DNA from: Gammaproteobacteria bacterium
GTDB lineage: Bacteria; Pseudomonadota; Gammaproteobacteria; Eutrophobiales; Eutrophobiaceae
Direction: 5' to 3'
Length of the DNA stretch: 64,000 nucleotides
Assembly: GCA_965243205.1 (NCBI GenBank)
Contig: CBDEUK010000002.1
Location: forward strand, 1,664,001-1,728,000
The position numbers and the translations under genes were made by a program. Below, piece after piece: positions 9,470 to 19,329 of this stretch; position 1 is the first letter of the stretch; every line of letters begins with the position of its first letter. The notes under the pieces are model-generated. The model was not told the DNA's origin, ran no database searches, and saw only the letters and a list, made by a program, of their open reading frames with translations.

Positions 9470-9486
9470 AGCAGTATGCGTGCCAA
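9470..9486 (-). promoter_or_regulatory. Sigma54 (-24/-12) promoter
   Basis: TTGGCACGCATACTGCT fits TGGCAC-N5-(T/C)TGC with correct GG-N10-GC spacing. Confidence 0.82.
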
Positions 9487-9558
9487 CCAAAAAATATTTA
9501 TAAATAACTGATATTTAAGCTAATTTTTTATTATCAAAAATGGCTTTTCATGTTGCGC

Positions 9559-9608
9559 TGCACATATAGAGAGCGCTAGCACCAATATAAAGCGATTAGA
9601 TTGGTGCA
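9559..9608. promoter_or_regulatory. NtrC-like enhancer sites
   Basis: TGCACATATAGAGAGCG, AGCACCAATATAAAGCG and ...ATTGGTGCA resemble TGCACCA-N3-TGGTGCA. They lie about 75-120 bp upstream of the sigma54 promoter across an AT-rich spacer. Confidence 0.65.
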
Positions 9609-9741
9609 AAAATTTATATGTAACTCCTTCATTTAGGGGATATGGAAAACCAATAATTTTTTCTAGGATATAAAGGCTATCGTTCTGAAGGAATCGATAA
9701 CAGAAACTAAAATCAAATTTTAAAAATCAAGGAGAAAGGAA

Positions 9742-10011
9742 ATGAAGATGATCCGAAACCTACTAATGCTTTTTTGCTTAATCTTTACTCAAGGTATTTT
9801 TGCGGAAGCAATTATCGACATCAATACAGCTGATAAAACCACATTAACTACTATGTTAAATGGTATCGGCGAGAAAAAAGCCGAAGCAATCATTGCTTAT
9901 CGAGAAGAAAATGGTCCTTTTAAATCAATTGAAGAATTAGCAAATGTAAAAGGCATTGGCGAAGCAACCGTTGAAAAAAACCAAGATATCATAACTGTCC
10001 AAAAACAATAG
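9742..10011 (+). CDS. comEA: ComEA-family helix-hairpin-helix DNA-binding protein
   Basis: Signal peptide and IDINTA...LNGIGEKKAEAIIAYREENGPFKSIEEL..VKGIG. Confidence 0.9.
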   Translation: MKMIRNLLMLFCLIFTQGIFAEAIIDINTADKTTLTTMLNGIGEKKAEAIIAYREENGPFKSIEELANVKGIGEATVEKNQDIITVQKQ

Positions 10012-10023
10012 CCGCAAACCTTC

Positions 10024-10062
10024 ATAAACCGGCCTTATCAAAGTAATTTAAGGCTGGTTTAT
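10024..10062 (+). terminator. Hairpin, probable terminator after comEA
   Basis: ATAAACCGGCCTTA...TAAGGCTGGTTTAT inverted repeat with one G-U pair. Confidence 0.55.
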
Positions 10063-10140
10063 AATTGAACTAACATGCTTTAGATCAATTCTTACCTAAG
10101 GTATGCTTTCGCGTTTTTACAATTGACAATCAACACGCGA

Positions 10141-12723
10141 ATGCAAGCAGAATACTCACCTCAAGATATCGAATCTCAAGTGCAATCAACTTGGGAAAAA
10201 GATAAAACGTTTAAGGCTGTAGAAAACCCTAATAAAGAAAAATTCTATTGCCTATCTATGTTTCCTTATCCTAGCGGCAAGCTGCATATGGGTCATGTAC
10301 GCAACTACACCATTGGTGATGTCATCTCCCGATATCAACACATGCAAGGTAAAAATGTACTTCAACCGATGGGTTGGGATGCTTTTGGCTTACCTGCTGA
10401 AAATGCTGCACTTAGTCGTAATGTCGCACCTGCGAAATGGACGTATGAAAACATCGATTACATGCGTTCTCAATTAAAACGATTGGGCTTTGCTTATGAT
10501 TGGGATCGTGAACTCGCAACGTGTGATCCAGATTATTATCGTTGGGAACAATGGTTTTTCACTAAGTTATATGAGAAAGGACTAGTCTATAAAAAAACCG
10601 CGCTCGTCAATTGGGATCCAGTGGATCAAACTGTATTAGCCAATGAACAAGTGATAGATGGTAAAGGTTGGCGCTCAGGAGCTCCCGTTGAACGTAAAGA
10701 GATTCCGCAATGGTTCGTAAAAATTACAGATTATGCAGAAGAGCTATTAAATGATATTGAACAACTCGAAGGTTGGCCTGATGCTGTTAAAACCATGCAA
10801 CGTAATTGGATCGGCCGTTCAGAAGGCGTTGAGTTTGAATTCGCTGTTCCTAATCACGATCCACTAAGAGTTTATACCACACGCCCTGATACTGTGATGG
10901 GTGTAACCTACTGTGCAGTTGCTGCTGAACACCCATTAACCCAATTTGCAGCTGAAAATAATCCAGATATAAAAGCGTTCATTGCAGAATGCCAACAAAC
11001 AGGTACTTCAGAAGCTGACTTAGAAACCATGGAAAAACGTGGTATGCCTTTGGGTATTGATGCAACTCATCCAATTACAGGTGAATCGGTACCCATCTAT
11101 GTCGCAAACTTTGTATTAATCAGTTATGGCACAGGTGCTGTCATGTCGGTTCCTGCACATGATCAACGTGATTACGAATTTGCAAAAAAATATGGTATCG
11201 AAATTAAAGCTGTTATATCTGAAGACGGCAAGGCAGCTCCCGATTTAACAGAATCAGCTTTTACAGAACATGGCATCAATATTAACTCAGAACAATTCGA
11301 CGACTTAGATTTTGAAAAGGCCTTTGATGCTATTGCTAAATATCTTACTGACCATGCCAATGGTGAAAGAAAGGTCAATTACCGTCTTCGAGATTGGGGG
11401 GTTTCCAGACAACGTTACTGGGGTTGTCCAATCCCTGTTATAAATCATAAAAATGGTGAAACGATTCCTGTTGAAGAAAATGATTTACCAGTTCGTTTAC
11501 CTGAAGAAGTTACCTTTGAAGGTGTTGGCTCACCGATCAAGAAAATGCCAGAGTTCTACGAAATCAAACTTCCAGATGGCGAAATTGTAGAACGTGAAAC
11601 GGATACCTTTGATACGTTTTTCGAATCCTCATGGTATTACGCTCGTTATTGTTGTTCCGATAATAATGAAGCGATGTTGGATGAGCGTGCAAAATACTGG
11701 TTGCCGGTTGATCAATACATTGGAGGTATTGAACACGCAGTTTTACATCTTTTATATGCCAGATTCTTTAATAAGTTAATGCGTGACATTGGCCTAATCG
11801 ATAACGACGAGCCATTTAGCAATTTATTAACCCAAGGCATGGTCATCGCGGAAACCTATTACCGTGAAGAAGCTAATGGTAAAAAAGTTTACTTTTCACC
11901 AACGGAAGTTGATTTAGAACTTGACGATAAAGCTCGCGTCGTAGGTGCAAATTTAAAAGCAGATGGAAAGCCTGTCATCGTCGGCAATATTGAAAAGATG
12001 TCGAAATCCAAAAACAATGGTGTAGACCCACAAACCTTAATTGAACAATACGGTGCCGACACAGTACGACTTTATACCATGTTCGCTTCACCACCTGATC
12101 AAAGTCTAGAATGGTCGGATTCAGCGGTCGAAGGTTCGTTTCGTTTTTTAAAACGCTTATGGAAATTAGCGCACAGTGAATTTGAAAAAGGCTCTGTACC
12201 TAATTTAGATATTACTAATATAACTAGCGAACAAAAGAAATTACGCTTAAAAATTCATAGCACCATTAAAAAAGCTAACGATGATATCGGTCGACGCTAT
12301 ACCTTTAATACTGCCATTGCTGCAGTGATGGAATTATTTAATGAACTCATTAAATTTAATGATGGCAGCGATAATGGTAATGCCGTACTTCGAGAAGGTT
12401 TAAACACCAGTGTCTTATTATTGTCCCCGATTGTCCCTCACATTACAGAGACAATTTGGGGCTTTTTAAATAATAATGAATCAATTTATGAAGCTAGTTG
12501 GCCTGCTGTAGATGAATCTGCATTGGTGCAAGATGAAATTCAACTTATGGTGCAAGTGAATGGAAAATTACGTTCAAAAATCAGTGTGGCAGCTGATTTG
12601 GACAAAAACAGCATAGAATCAATGGCTAAATCGGATGAAAACGTGCAAAAACATATCGAAGGCAAAACCATAAAAAAAGTTATTGTTGTACCAGAGCGTC
12701 TAGTGAACATTGTGGTGGCTTAG
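10141..12723 (+). CDS. leuS: Leucine--tRNA ligase (ATG at 10141 preferred over TTG at 10123)
   Basis: HMGH and KMSKS motifs, CP1 editing domain (TTRPDT, GTGAVM). Confidence 0.98.
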   Translation: MQAEYSPQDIESQVQSTWEKDKTFKAVENPNKEKFYCLSMFPYPSGKLHMGHVRNYTIGDVISRYQHMQGKNVLQPMGWDAFGLPAENAALSRNVAPAKWTYENIDYMRSQLKRLGFAYDWDRELATCDPDYYRWEQWFFTKLYEKGLVYKKTALVNWDPVDQTVLANEQVIDGKGWRSGAPVERKEIPQWFVKITDYAEELLNDIEQLEGWPDAVKTMQRNWIGRSEGVEFEFAVPNHDPLRVYTTRPDTVMGVTYCAVAAEHPLTQFAAENNPDIKAFIAECQQTGTSEADLETMEKRGMPLGIDATHPITGESVPIYVANFVLISYGTGAVMSVPAHDQRDYEFAKKYGIEIKAVISEDGKAAPDLTESAFTEHGININSEQFDDLDFEKAFDAIAKYLTDHANGERKVNYRLRDWGVSRQRYWGCPIPVINHKNGETIPVEENDLPVRLPEEVTFEGVGSPIKKMPEFYEIKLPDGEIVERETDTFDTFFESSWYYARYCCSDNNEAMLDERAKYWLPVDQYIGGIEHAVLHLLYARFFNKLMRDIGLIDNDEPFSNLLTQGMVIAETYYREEANGKKVYFSPTEVDLELDDKARVVGANLKADGKPVIVGNIEKMSKSKNNGVDPQTLIEQYGADTVRLYTMFASPPDQSLEWSDSAVEGSFRFLKRLWKLAHSEFEKGSVPNLDITNITSEQKKLRLKIHSTIKKANDDIGRRYTFNTAIAAVMELFNELIKFNDGSDNGNAVLREGLNTSVLLLSPIVPHITETIWGFLNNNESIYEASWPAVDESALVQDEIQLMVQVNGKLRSKISVAADLDKNSIESMAKSDENVQKHIEGKTIKKVIVVPERLVNIVVA

Positions 12724-12738
12724 GGTAGAATCTCTGCT

Positions 12739-13245
12739 ATGAATTCGTTACGACTTTATCAATACATCATTACCCTATGCTTGATATTCAGTTTGTCTAG
12801 CTGTGGATTTCATCTTCGTGGCAGCGGAGAAACAATTGCGATAAATGCTGATTCCGTATACATCACATCACTTGCAGCAAATGAAATTACCAACGAGATA
12901 AAAACACAACTCGAATTCCAAGGAGTAAAGACTCCAGACAGTATTGATGATGGGCGATACATACTCAATTTAAGCAATGAACTAAGAGATAAAAAAATTC
13001 TTACCGTTTCATCAGCAACAGGTAAAGTTCAAGAGTATGAACTTGTGTTTTCGGTTGTAATGTCTATCTCGGATAAAAACGGCTCAAATTTAAGCGAAGA
13101 ACAAACAATTAGCGCCAGTCGTGATTTATTTTTTGATGAAAACGCCGTACTTGCATTAAGTGATGAAGAACGTTTAATTTTTGAAGAATTACGACGTCAA
13201 GTCGCTAACTCTGTATTACGTCGATTACAAGCGGTCACCCGATAG
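12739..13245 (+). CDS. lptE: LPS assembly lipoprotein
   Basis: Lipobox LSSCGFHLRG; position between leuS and holA. Confidence 0.93.
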   Translation: MNSLRLYQYIITLCLIFSLSSCGFHLRGSGETIAINADSVYITSLAANEITNEIKTQLEFQGVKTPDSIDDGRYILNLSNELRDKKILTVSSATGKVQEYELVFSVVMSISDKNGSNLSEEQTISASRDLFFDENAVLALSDEERLIFEELRRQVANSVLRRLQAVTR

Positions 13246-13254
13246 GATTGATCT

Positions 13255-14298
13255 ATGCGCCTCAGGGCCGACCAAATAAGCAATCATTTAAACCAATCTG
13301 CTCTAAAACCTATCTACCTCGTTTCCGGAGATGAACCATTACAGTTATTAGAAACGGCTGATCAGATCCGCAACAAAGCGCGCGAAGAAGGTTATAGCGA
13401 ACGTGTGGTACTGGAAGTTGATAAACAGTTTAGTTGGCAACAAGTACTCGATGAATCTGCAGCACTATCTTTATTTGGCGATCAAAAAATCATTGAACTC
13501 AAATTGGGTAGTTCAAAACCTGGAAGGGATGGCGGCAAAATCTTACAAGAGTATACTGAGCTGAATCCACAAGGTATCGTATTATTAATTACTAGTGATC
13601 GTCTGGATAAATCCGCTCAATCCACTAAATGGTTTAAAGCGATTGATAATGCTGGAGCAACCATCTTAATTTGGCCTATCGAGTTTGCTCAATTACCCAA
13701 TTGGATTGCACAAAGAGTTAAAGCTCTTGGTAAAAAAATTGATAAAAATGCTGCCGAGTTAATTGCAGCAAGAGTAGAAGGAAATTTAATTGCAGCCAGC
13801 CAGGAAATTAGTAAATTAATTTTATTGATCGACTCGGATCACATTACGATTGATGATGTTTCGCAATCTGTCGTCGATAGTGCACGTTATGATGTATTCA
13901 ACTTGATCGAATCAGCCTATGATGGAAATATTGAACGCACCACAAAGATGCTTCAAGGTTTAAAATCCGAAGGTTTAGATCCAATGGCAATCTACGGTGC
14001 ATTGATGTGGGAATATCGACGATTGTGTAAAATGATATTTGAACTCGAGCAACAACAGTCCCTAGATTCATTGTTTAGTCAATATCGTATTTGGACTGAA
14101 TCACGTAAACGAGCGATTCGTTCTTTATTAAAACGACATAACCTTGAAAGTTTACAAAAATTATTATTACGCGCAATCAAACTTGATAAAACCATTAAAA
14201 GCTCTCAACGCATTAATGCTTGGAATGAATTACTCGAGTTTTTGACTTTGATAACTAAAAACTCTAAACAGATCAATACAACTGAATTTGCTTTATGA
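13255..14298 (+). CDS. holA: DNA polymerase III delta subunit
   Basis: [18 protein letters not shown] motifs; conserved synteny. Confidence 0.95.
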   Translation: MRLRADQISNHLNQSALKPIYLVSGDEPLQLLETADQIRNKAREEGYSERVVLEVDKQFSWQQVLDESAALSLFGDQKIIELKLGSSKPGRDGGKILQEYTELNPQGIVLLITSDRLDKSAQSTKWFKAIDNAGATILIWPIEFAQLPNWIAQRVKALGKKIDKNAAELIAARVEGNLIAASQEISKLILLIDSDHITIDDVSQSVVDSARYDVFNLIESAYDGNIERTTKMLQGLKSEGLDPMAIYGALMWEYRRLCKMIFELEQQQSLDSLFSQYRIWTESRKRAIRSLLKRHNLESLQKLLLRAIKLDKTIKSSQRINAWNELLEFLTLITKNSKQINTTEFAL

Positions 14299-15551
14299 AT
14301 ATTAAAGATTATATGCAGACATTAGGACAGCAAGCTCGTTCAGCATCAAGACTGATGGCTAAAGCTAACACGTCTGCAAAAAACCAATGTTTAGAAAACG
14401 TTGCTGATAATTTATTAGCACAAAAAAACATGTTATTAGAAGCTAATAAAAGCGACCTTGCTAATGGCAAAGAAAAACAACTCGATGCTGCATTAATGGA
14501 TCGACTTGAACTTACTAATGCACGTATCGCATCAATGATTGAAGGTTTACAACAAGTTGCGAGTTTGCCTGATCCAATTGGTGAAATTACCGATTTGAAA
14601 TATCGTCCTACTGGCATACAAGTTGGAAAAATGCGCGTACCTTTGGGTGTGGTTGGGATCATTTATGAATCGAGACCTAATGTTACTGCTGATGCTGCTG
14701 CACTATGTTTAAAGTCTGGTAACAGCGTTATCTTACGAGGTGGTTCTGAAGCGATTAACTCTAACCTAGCAATCGCTAAATGCATTGCTGATGGCTTAAA
14801 AAAGGCTGGTTTGCCTAAACACGCAGTGCAGGTCATCGAAACAACGGACAGAGACGCCGTTGGCGAACTAATTACGATGCCAGACTATGTTGATGTTATC
14901 GTACCTCGCGGTGGCAAAGGTTTAATCGAACGTATCAGCAATGATGCGCGCGTTCCTGTGATCAAACACTTAGATGGTATTTGTCATGTGTATATCGATA
15001 GCGATGCGGATATAGAAAAAGCCATAAACATTGCATATAACGCTAAAACCCAACGCTATGGTACTTGCAATACGATGGAATGTTTATTGATTCATAATGA
15101 TATTGCTGAATCCATTCTTAATAAGCTGTATCCAATGTACAAACAAGCTGGAGTTGAAATCCGCGGTTGTGAAAAATCAAAATCATTATTTGATGAAATA
15201 ACATTAGCAAGCGATGAAGATTATGCAACAGAATATCTCGCGCCAATCCTTTCGCTTAAAATTGTTAAAGATGTTGACGAAGCTATGGATCATATTGATC
15301 GGTTCAGTTCACAACATACCGAATCCATCATTACTGAAAACTTTTCAATTGCTCAACGTTTTCTACGTGAGGTTGATTCAAGTTCAGTAATGGTCAATGC
15401 ATCAACACGTTTTGCTGATGGCTTTGAATACGGTTTAGGCGCTGAGATTGGTATCAGTACTGATAAGTTTCACGCTCGAGGGCCTGTAGGTTTAAATGGC
15501 TTAACCTCACAAAAATACATTGTATTAGGCAATGGTGAGATTAGAGAATAA
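14295..15551 (+). CDS. proA: Glutamate-5-semialdehyde dehydrogenase
   Basis: [26 protein letters not shown] and GAEIGIST motifs. Confidence 0.97.
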   Translation: MNIKDYMQTLGQQARSASRLMAKANTSAKNQCLENVADNLLAQKNMLLEANKSDLANGKEKQLDAALMDRLELTNARIASMIEGLQQVASLPDPIGEITDLKYRPTGIQVGKMRVPLGVVGIIYESRPNVTADAAALCLKSGNSVILRGGSEAINSNLAIAKCIADGLKKAGLPKHAVQVIETTDRDAVGELITMPDYVDVIVPRGGKGLIERISNDARVPVIKHLDGICHVYIDSDADIEKAINIAYNAKTQRYGTCNTMECLLIHNDIAESILNKLYPMYKQAGVEIRGCEKSKSLFDEITLASDEDYATEYLAPILSLKIVKDVDEAMDHIDRFSSQHTESIITENFSIAQRFLREVDSSSVMVNASTRFADGFEYGLGAEIGISTDKFHARGPVGLNGLTSQKYIVLGNGEIRE

Positions 15552-15553
15552 GC

Positions 15554-16210
15554 TTGTCAGATAATATTTTAAAACCCATAGGCGTTCTTGGGGGTAGTTT
15601 TGATCCAATTCATCATGGCCATCTTCGATTAGCGTTAGAAGCGTATTATCGACTTAAACTGGATCACATTCGTTTAATTCCATTAAAAATACCCGTTCAT
15701 CGTAGTTCTCCTTTTGCCGACGGCAAACATAGGTCGATCATGATCCAAAAAGCCATTGATGGTTTGGAACAAATCATACTTGATGACAGAGAATTACAAC
15801 GCGAAGATGATTCCTATACTATCGATACATTAATTTCTTTAAGAGAACAATTTCCTGATCACCCTATTTGCTTATTAATGGGAAGAGACTCGTTTTCTAC
15901 TTTAGATCGATGGAAAGACTGGCAAGAACTTTTAAACTATGCTCATATAATTGTTGCATCAAGGCATCAGATAGATAAACAGCCATTCAATATTGCAATT
16001 AATTTATTATTGAATTCTCACCAAACGTATTCAATGGATGATTTACATTCAAACACTCACGGTAAAATTTTACGCATGCAAATTCCTTTATTAGATATCA
16101 GTTCAACTGAACTACGTTCGGCAATGCAATCTAGGTCTGAAATTCGCTATTTAGTTCCAGATTCTGTCATTGAGTATATTCATGAAGAGGCACTTTATGA
16201 CACCCAATAA
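15554..16210 (+). CDS. nadD: Nicotinate-nucleotide adenylyltransferase
   Basis: GGSFDPIHHGH, SYTIDT and ISST motifs. Confidence 0.95.
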   Translation: MSDNILKPIGVLGGSFDPIHHGHLRLALEAYYRLKLDHIRLIPLKIPVHRSSPFADGKHRSIMIQKAIDGLEQIILDDRELQREDDSYTIDTLISLREQFPDHPICLLMGRDSFSTLDRWKDWQELLNYAHIIVASRHQIDKQPFNIAINLLLNSHQTYSMDDLHSNTHGKILRMQIPLLDISSTELRSAMQSRSEIRYLVPDSVIEYIHEEALYDTQ

Positions 16211-16550
16211 TCTTCTTGACGTCATTAATAATGCAATCGAAACAATGAAAGCATTAGACGTACTTATTTTAGATGTTAAAGAACAAACCTCAATTACAGA
16301 TACCATGTTCATCTGTACAGGTACTTCTAATCGCCAAGTAAAATCGATTGCACAAAAAATTATTGAAGACGCAAAACAAAAAAACTTTGCGGTTTTAGGT
16401 GTAGAAGGTTTAGATCAGGCGCAATGGGTTTTAATTGATTTAGGTGATGCAATAGTTCATGTCATGCATCCAGATAGTCGAAACTATTATCAACTTGAGA
16501 AGTTATGGTCTGTTGAAACGCAAACTGAAGAACAGGCAAACCGTTCTTGA
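16197..16550 (+). CDS. rsfS: Ribosome silencing factor
   Basis: WVLIDLGDAIVHVM...YYQLEKLW. ATG at 16197 has a GAGG RBS. Confidence 0.95.
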   Translation: MTPNNLLDVINNAIETMKALDVLILDVKEQTSITDTMFICTGTSNRQVKSIAQKIIEDAKQKNFAVLGVEGLDQAQWVLIDLGDAIVHVMHPDSRNYYQLEKLWSVETQTEEQANRS

Positions 16551-17014
16551 AAATTAATTTAATTGTTGTTAGTCATAAACAACCTCAATGGATTGAAACG
16601 GCTTATCAAGAATATGCAAAACGATTAAATCAGGAATTTACTTTACACTTAAAAGAGCTATCGCCTTATAACGCTAAGAATTCTTCGGTTGCTTATACTA
16701 AAAGCAAAGAAGCTGAAAAGATCAAAAACGCTATTCCTAAAAATAATTCTGTTATTGTATTAGATGAGAATGGCAAAACATTCACCAGTGAACAATTCGC
16801 ATCTAAAATGGAATCTTTGTTAACTGTGGGTTCAGATATCTCTATCTTAATTGGTGGTGCTCACGGACTTGATAATACATTGCTAAATGAAGCGGATGAT
16901 AGTTGGTCACTCTCAAAATTGACGCTGCCCCACGGATTGGTCAGAGTGATGATAGCTGAACAGCTTTATCGTGCTTGGAGCATCTTAAAATGCCACCCTT
17001 ATCACAAAATTTAA
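16547..17014 (+). CDS. rlmH: 23S rRNA pseudouridine-1915 N3-methyltransferase
   Basis: IGGAHG, SLSKLTLPH, EQLYRA...HPYH. Confidence 0.95.
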   Translation: MKINLIVVSHKQPQWIETAYQEYAKRLNQEFTLHLKELSPYNAKNSSVAYTKSKEAEKIKNAIPKNNSVIVLDENGKTFTSEQFASKMESLLTVGSDISILIGGAHGLDNTLLNEADDSWSLSKLTLPHGLVRVMIAEQLYRAWSILKCHPYHKI

Positions 17015-17031
17015 ATATTTTTCATTTCAAA

Positions 17032-17047
17032 TGTGACGCCCTCCACA
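17032..17047. promoter_or_regulatory. Possible CRP-family binding site upstream of the VPLPA-CTERM gene
   Basis: TGTGA-cgccct-CCACA, one mismatch to TGTGA-N6-TCACA. Confidence 0.35.
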
Positions 17048-17191
17048 ACTTAATTACTTGCTTCATTGACGACTATACCTAATAAGAGTGAAATAACCCT
17101 CATAATTAAAACTACATAAAACTAACATTATATAAGTTAGTGAACACGTATCGAATAATCGGGGGGCGTAGACGTATCTAAGGAGTACACT

Positions 17192-17989
17192 ATGTTACGC
17201 TCAATTACATTTGTTGCCGTTATGGCTGTGTCGGCTAATACACAGGCCTTTTCTTCGAATTTTACTTTATTTTCTGATGCTAGCATCGCTGGGACGGATG
17301 CTGGTGCTGATGGCCTTTGGGGCACTGGTGATGATGCTGCAAATGCTGCAAACCCTCTTGGCGGTGTAAGTTATGTCTATACCAGTACCAATGGTCCTTT
17401 TGGTTCGGTCACATCTTATGAAGGTTTTGGCATTGGAAATTTTATTTTAGAAACACCAGGAGTATCCTCTTCTGCTGATTACAGTGCATTAAATATTTTT
17501 GGCACTATTCCTACTCCTGCAGGCAGCATACTGCCATTTCAAGTCGGCAGTTTATTATTAGATAACTCTGTCACATCCAGTATTAATTACACTGATCCAA
17601 ACAATATGATGTTCACTGGCGATCTAACTGTTCAAACGCCAATGGGTAGTTCTTACTCATTAACTGGTGCTGGATATACGATCTATAACGCTGATGGCTT
17701 TGATGACCCTTCTATTTTTGGCAGTCTATTAGGTTCCACTAATTTTGACCAAAGCCTAGCAAATCATTTTAATTATTTAATCGGCATAGCTCCTGAAAGT
17801 TGGACCGCTATCACCGTTAACTTTTTAGATCTGGAAGATTCAGACTTATCAGTCCTTCTATCAAGTTATAGTGTGGATGAAAACTTATTACCTGCAACCA
17901 ATGAAGTGCCTCTTCCTCCTGCTGCATGGTTACTTGGTTCTGCCTTATTTGGTTTGATCTATTCTCCTCGAAAAAAGATCTCGTGCTAG
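17192..17989 (+). CDS. VPLPA-CTERM (PEP-CTERM-like) sorted surface protein
   Basis: Signal peptide; C-terminal VPLPPAAWLLGSALFGL followed by basic RKK; strong AGGAG RBS. Confidence 0.88.
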   Translation: MLRSITFVAVMAVSANTQAFSSNFTLFSDASIAGTDAGADGLWGTGDDAANAANPLGGVSYVYTSTNGPFGSVTSYEGFGIGNFILETPGVSSSADYSALNIFGTIPTPAGSILPFQVGSLLLDNSVTSSINYTDPNNMMFTGDLTVQTPMGSSYSLTGAGYTIYNADGFDDPSIFGSLLGSTNFDQSLANHFNYLIGIAPESWTAITVNFLDLEDSDLSVLLSSYSVDENLLPATNEVPLPPAAWLLGSALFGLIYSPRKKISC

Positions 17990-18014
17990 AAGTAATTTGT
18001 TAAGCGCTTAACTC

Positions 18015-18040
18015 AGGCGTCCTATGGACGCCTTTTTTTT
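18015..18040 (+). terminator. Intrinsic terminator
   Basis: AGGCGTCC-tat-GGACGCCT followed by a T-run. Confidence 0.88.
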
Positions 18041-18094
18041 ATCTTTTTAAATGATGCTATGATGTTAATTACTAAAATTAATTATTAACGCATC

Positions 18095-18649
18095 ATGAAT
18101 ATATTTCTTGCCTCGCGCTCAGAAAGACGCCAACAACTCTTAAAACAAATAAATATAGAGTTTGAACTCATCGATATTGAAGTTGATGAAACTTACTATT
18201 CTCCTGAGTTACCGGATAAATATGTGATAAGAATGGCTAAAGAGAAAGCCGAAGTAGGAAAAGCTCAAGTAAATAAACAAGATATTATCATTGCAGCAGA
18301 TACGTCAGTCGTTTTAGATAATAAGGTTTTAGGTAAAGCAGAAACAGAAGAACAAGCCTTAGGTATGTTAAAACAACTTTCTGGCAGAAAACATGAAGTA
18401 TTAACTGCCGTATGTATTTTCCAAAATACATTAAAAATAGCTCTTTCTCGATCTAATGTTTTATTTAGATCTTTAAACAATTTCGAAATCGAAAACTATA
18501 TTTCAAGTAAAGAACCAATAGGGAAAGCGGGAGGTTACGCTATACAAGGGTTAGCCGCAAAATTTATACATTCTATTGAAGGCAGCTATTCAGGAATCAT
18601 GGGGCTGCCTCTATATGAGACAACTGAATTATTAAATGAAATAAATTAG
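18095..18649 (+). CDS. maf: Maf-family nucleoside triphosphate pyrophosphatase (YhdE type)
   Basis: LASRSERR, AADT and KAGGYAIQG...GLP motifs. Confidence 0.93.
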   Translation: MNIFLASRSERRQQLLKQINIEFELIDIEVDETYYSPELPDKYVIRMAKEKAEVGKAQVNKQDIIIAADTSVVLDNKVLGKAETEEQALGMLKQLSGRKHEVLTAVCIFQNTLKIALSRSNVLFRSLNNFEIENYISSKEPIGKAGGYAIQGLAAKFIHSIEGSYSGIMGLPLYETTELLNEIN

Positions 18650-19134
18650 AGCGTTTTTAAACAAAAACCATAGTAGTGATCAACGATAAAAACATAGATC
18701 GATTCCCAATCAGGTTTTCCATCATCATTTGGCCACCAAAGTTTTTTATTAATCCAGTAATTATGATAATGGCCTGCGCATTCAGCCAATTTATTTTCTG
18801 GAACCAAGGATTCTAATTTACCAGCATGATGCAAACCCTGAAAATAATCTTCCATAACGATTGGATAGGCTGCTTCTAAGTTAGGCCTTTTACTGTCTAA
18901 CATAAGTTGTTTCTTTTCTAGTGCATGACTAAAGACTTTAACACGTTGATCAAGGAACGCAGCTTGTTCTTTTTCTTCTTGTAATTGCGCTAACTGCTCA
19001 CAAGCAGTTTGATTATTGTTATTGCATTTATACTGCAATAAATCTTCAAGCGTATGATGCTTTGCTTCAGACAGAACATCTAAAGACAGGAATAAAATTA
19101 GTAGTGTAAAAATCTTAGAAAGATGATTGATCAT
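18646..19134 (-). CDS. Hypothetical exported protein (probable start at 19134)
   Basis: Signal-like N-terminus, 4 Cys, C-terminal CAGHYHNYW...WWP...PDW...DHYYGFC. Confidence 0.6.
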   Translation of the reverse strand: MINHLSKIFTLLILFLSLDVLSEAKHHTLEDLLQYKCNNNNQTACEQLAQLQEEKEQAAFLDQRVKVFSHALEKKQLMLDSKRPNLEAAYPIVMEDYFQGLHHAGKLESLVPENKLAECAGHYHNYWINKKLWWPNDDGKPDWESIYVFIVDHYYGFCLKTL

Positions 19135-19329
19135 TCTAAAATTTAATAAACTTCTTATAAACATTAGAAAAATTATAACAAAACCTGACTTCGCTTTACA
19201 GCTCACTCAGTAGGTTGTATAACATCTATGCTGCTGCTGATGAGAGGAGCTTTAATCTCAATTTGTATACTTCTACAGCAACGATCTGTTTTTTTATAAA
19301 TAAATCGAATGAATGAGGTACGAATTAAA

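Noticed and set aside
9280-9507. 75-aa plus-strand ORF
   Set aside because: It is antisense to the sigma54/ANTAR leader and has no RBS or protein features.
19237-19262. CTGATGAG as a hammerhead ribozyme core, or a canonical fluoride riboswitch
   Set aside because: No GAAA follows the stem, and the fluoride P1/pseudoknot order is not matched. Kept only as a low-interest structured leader.
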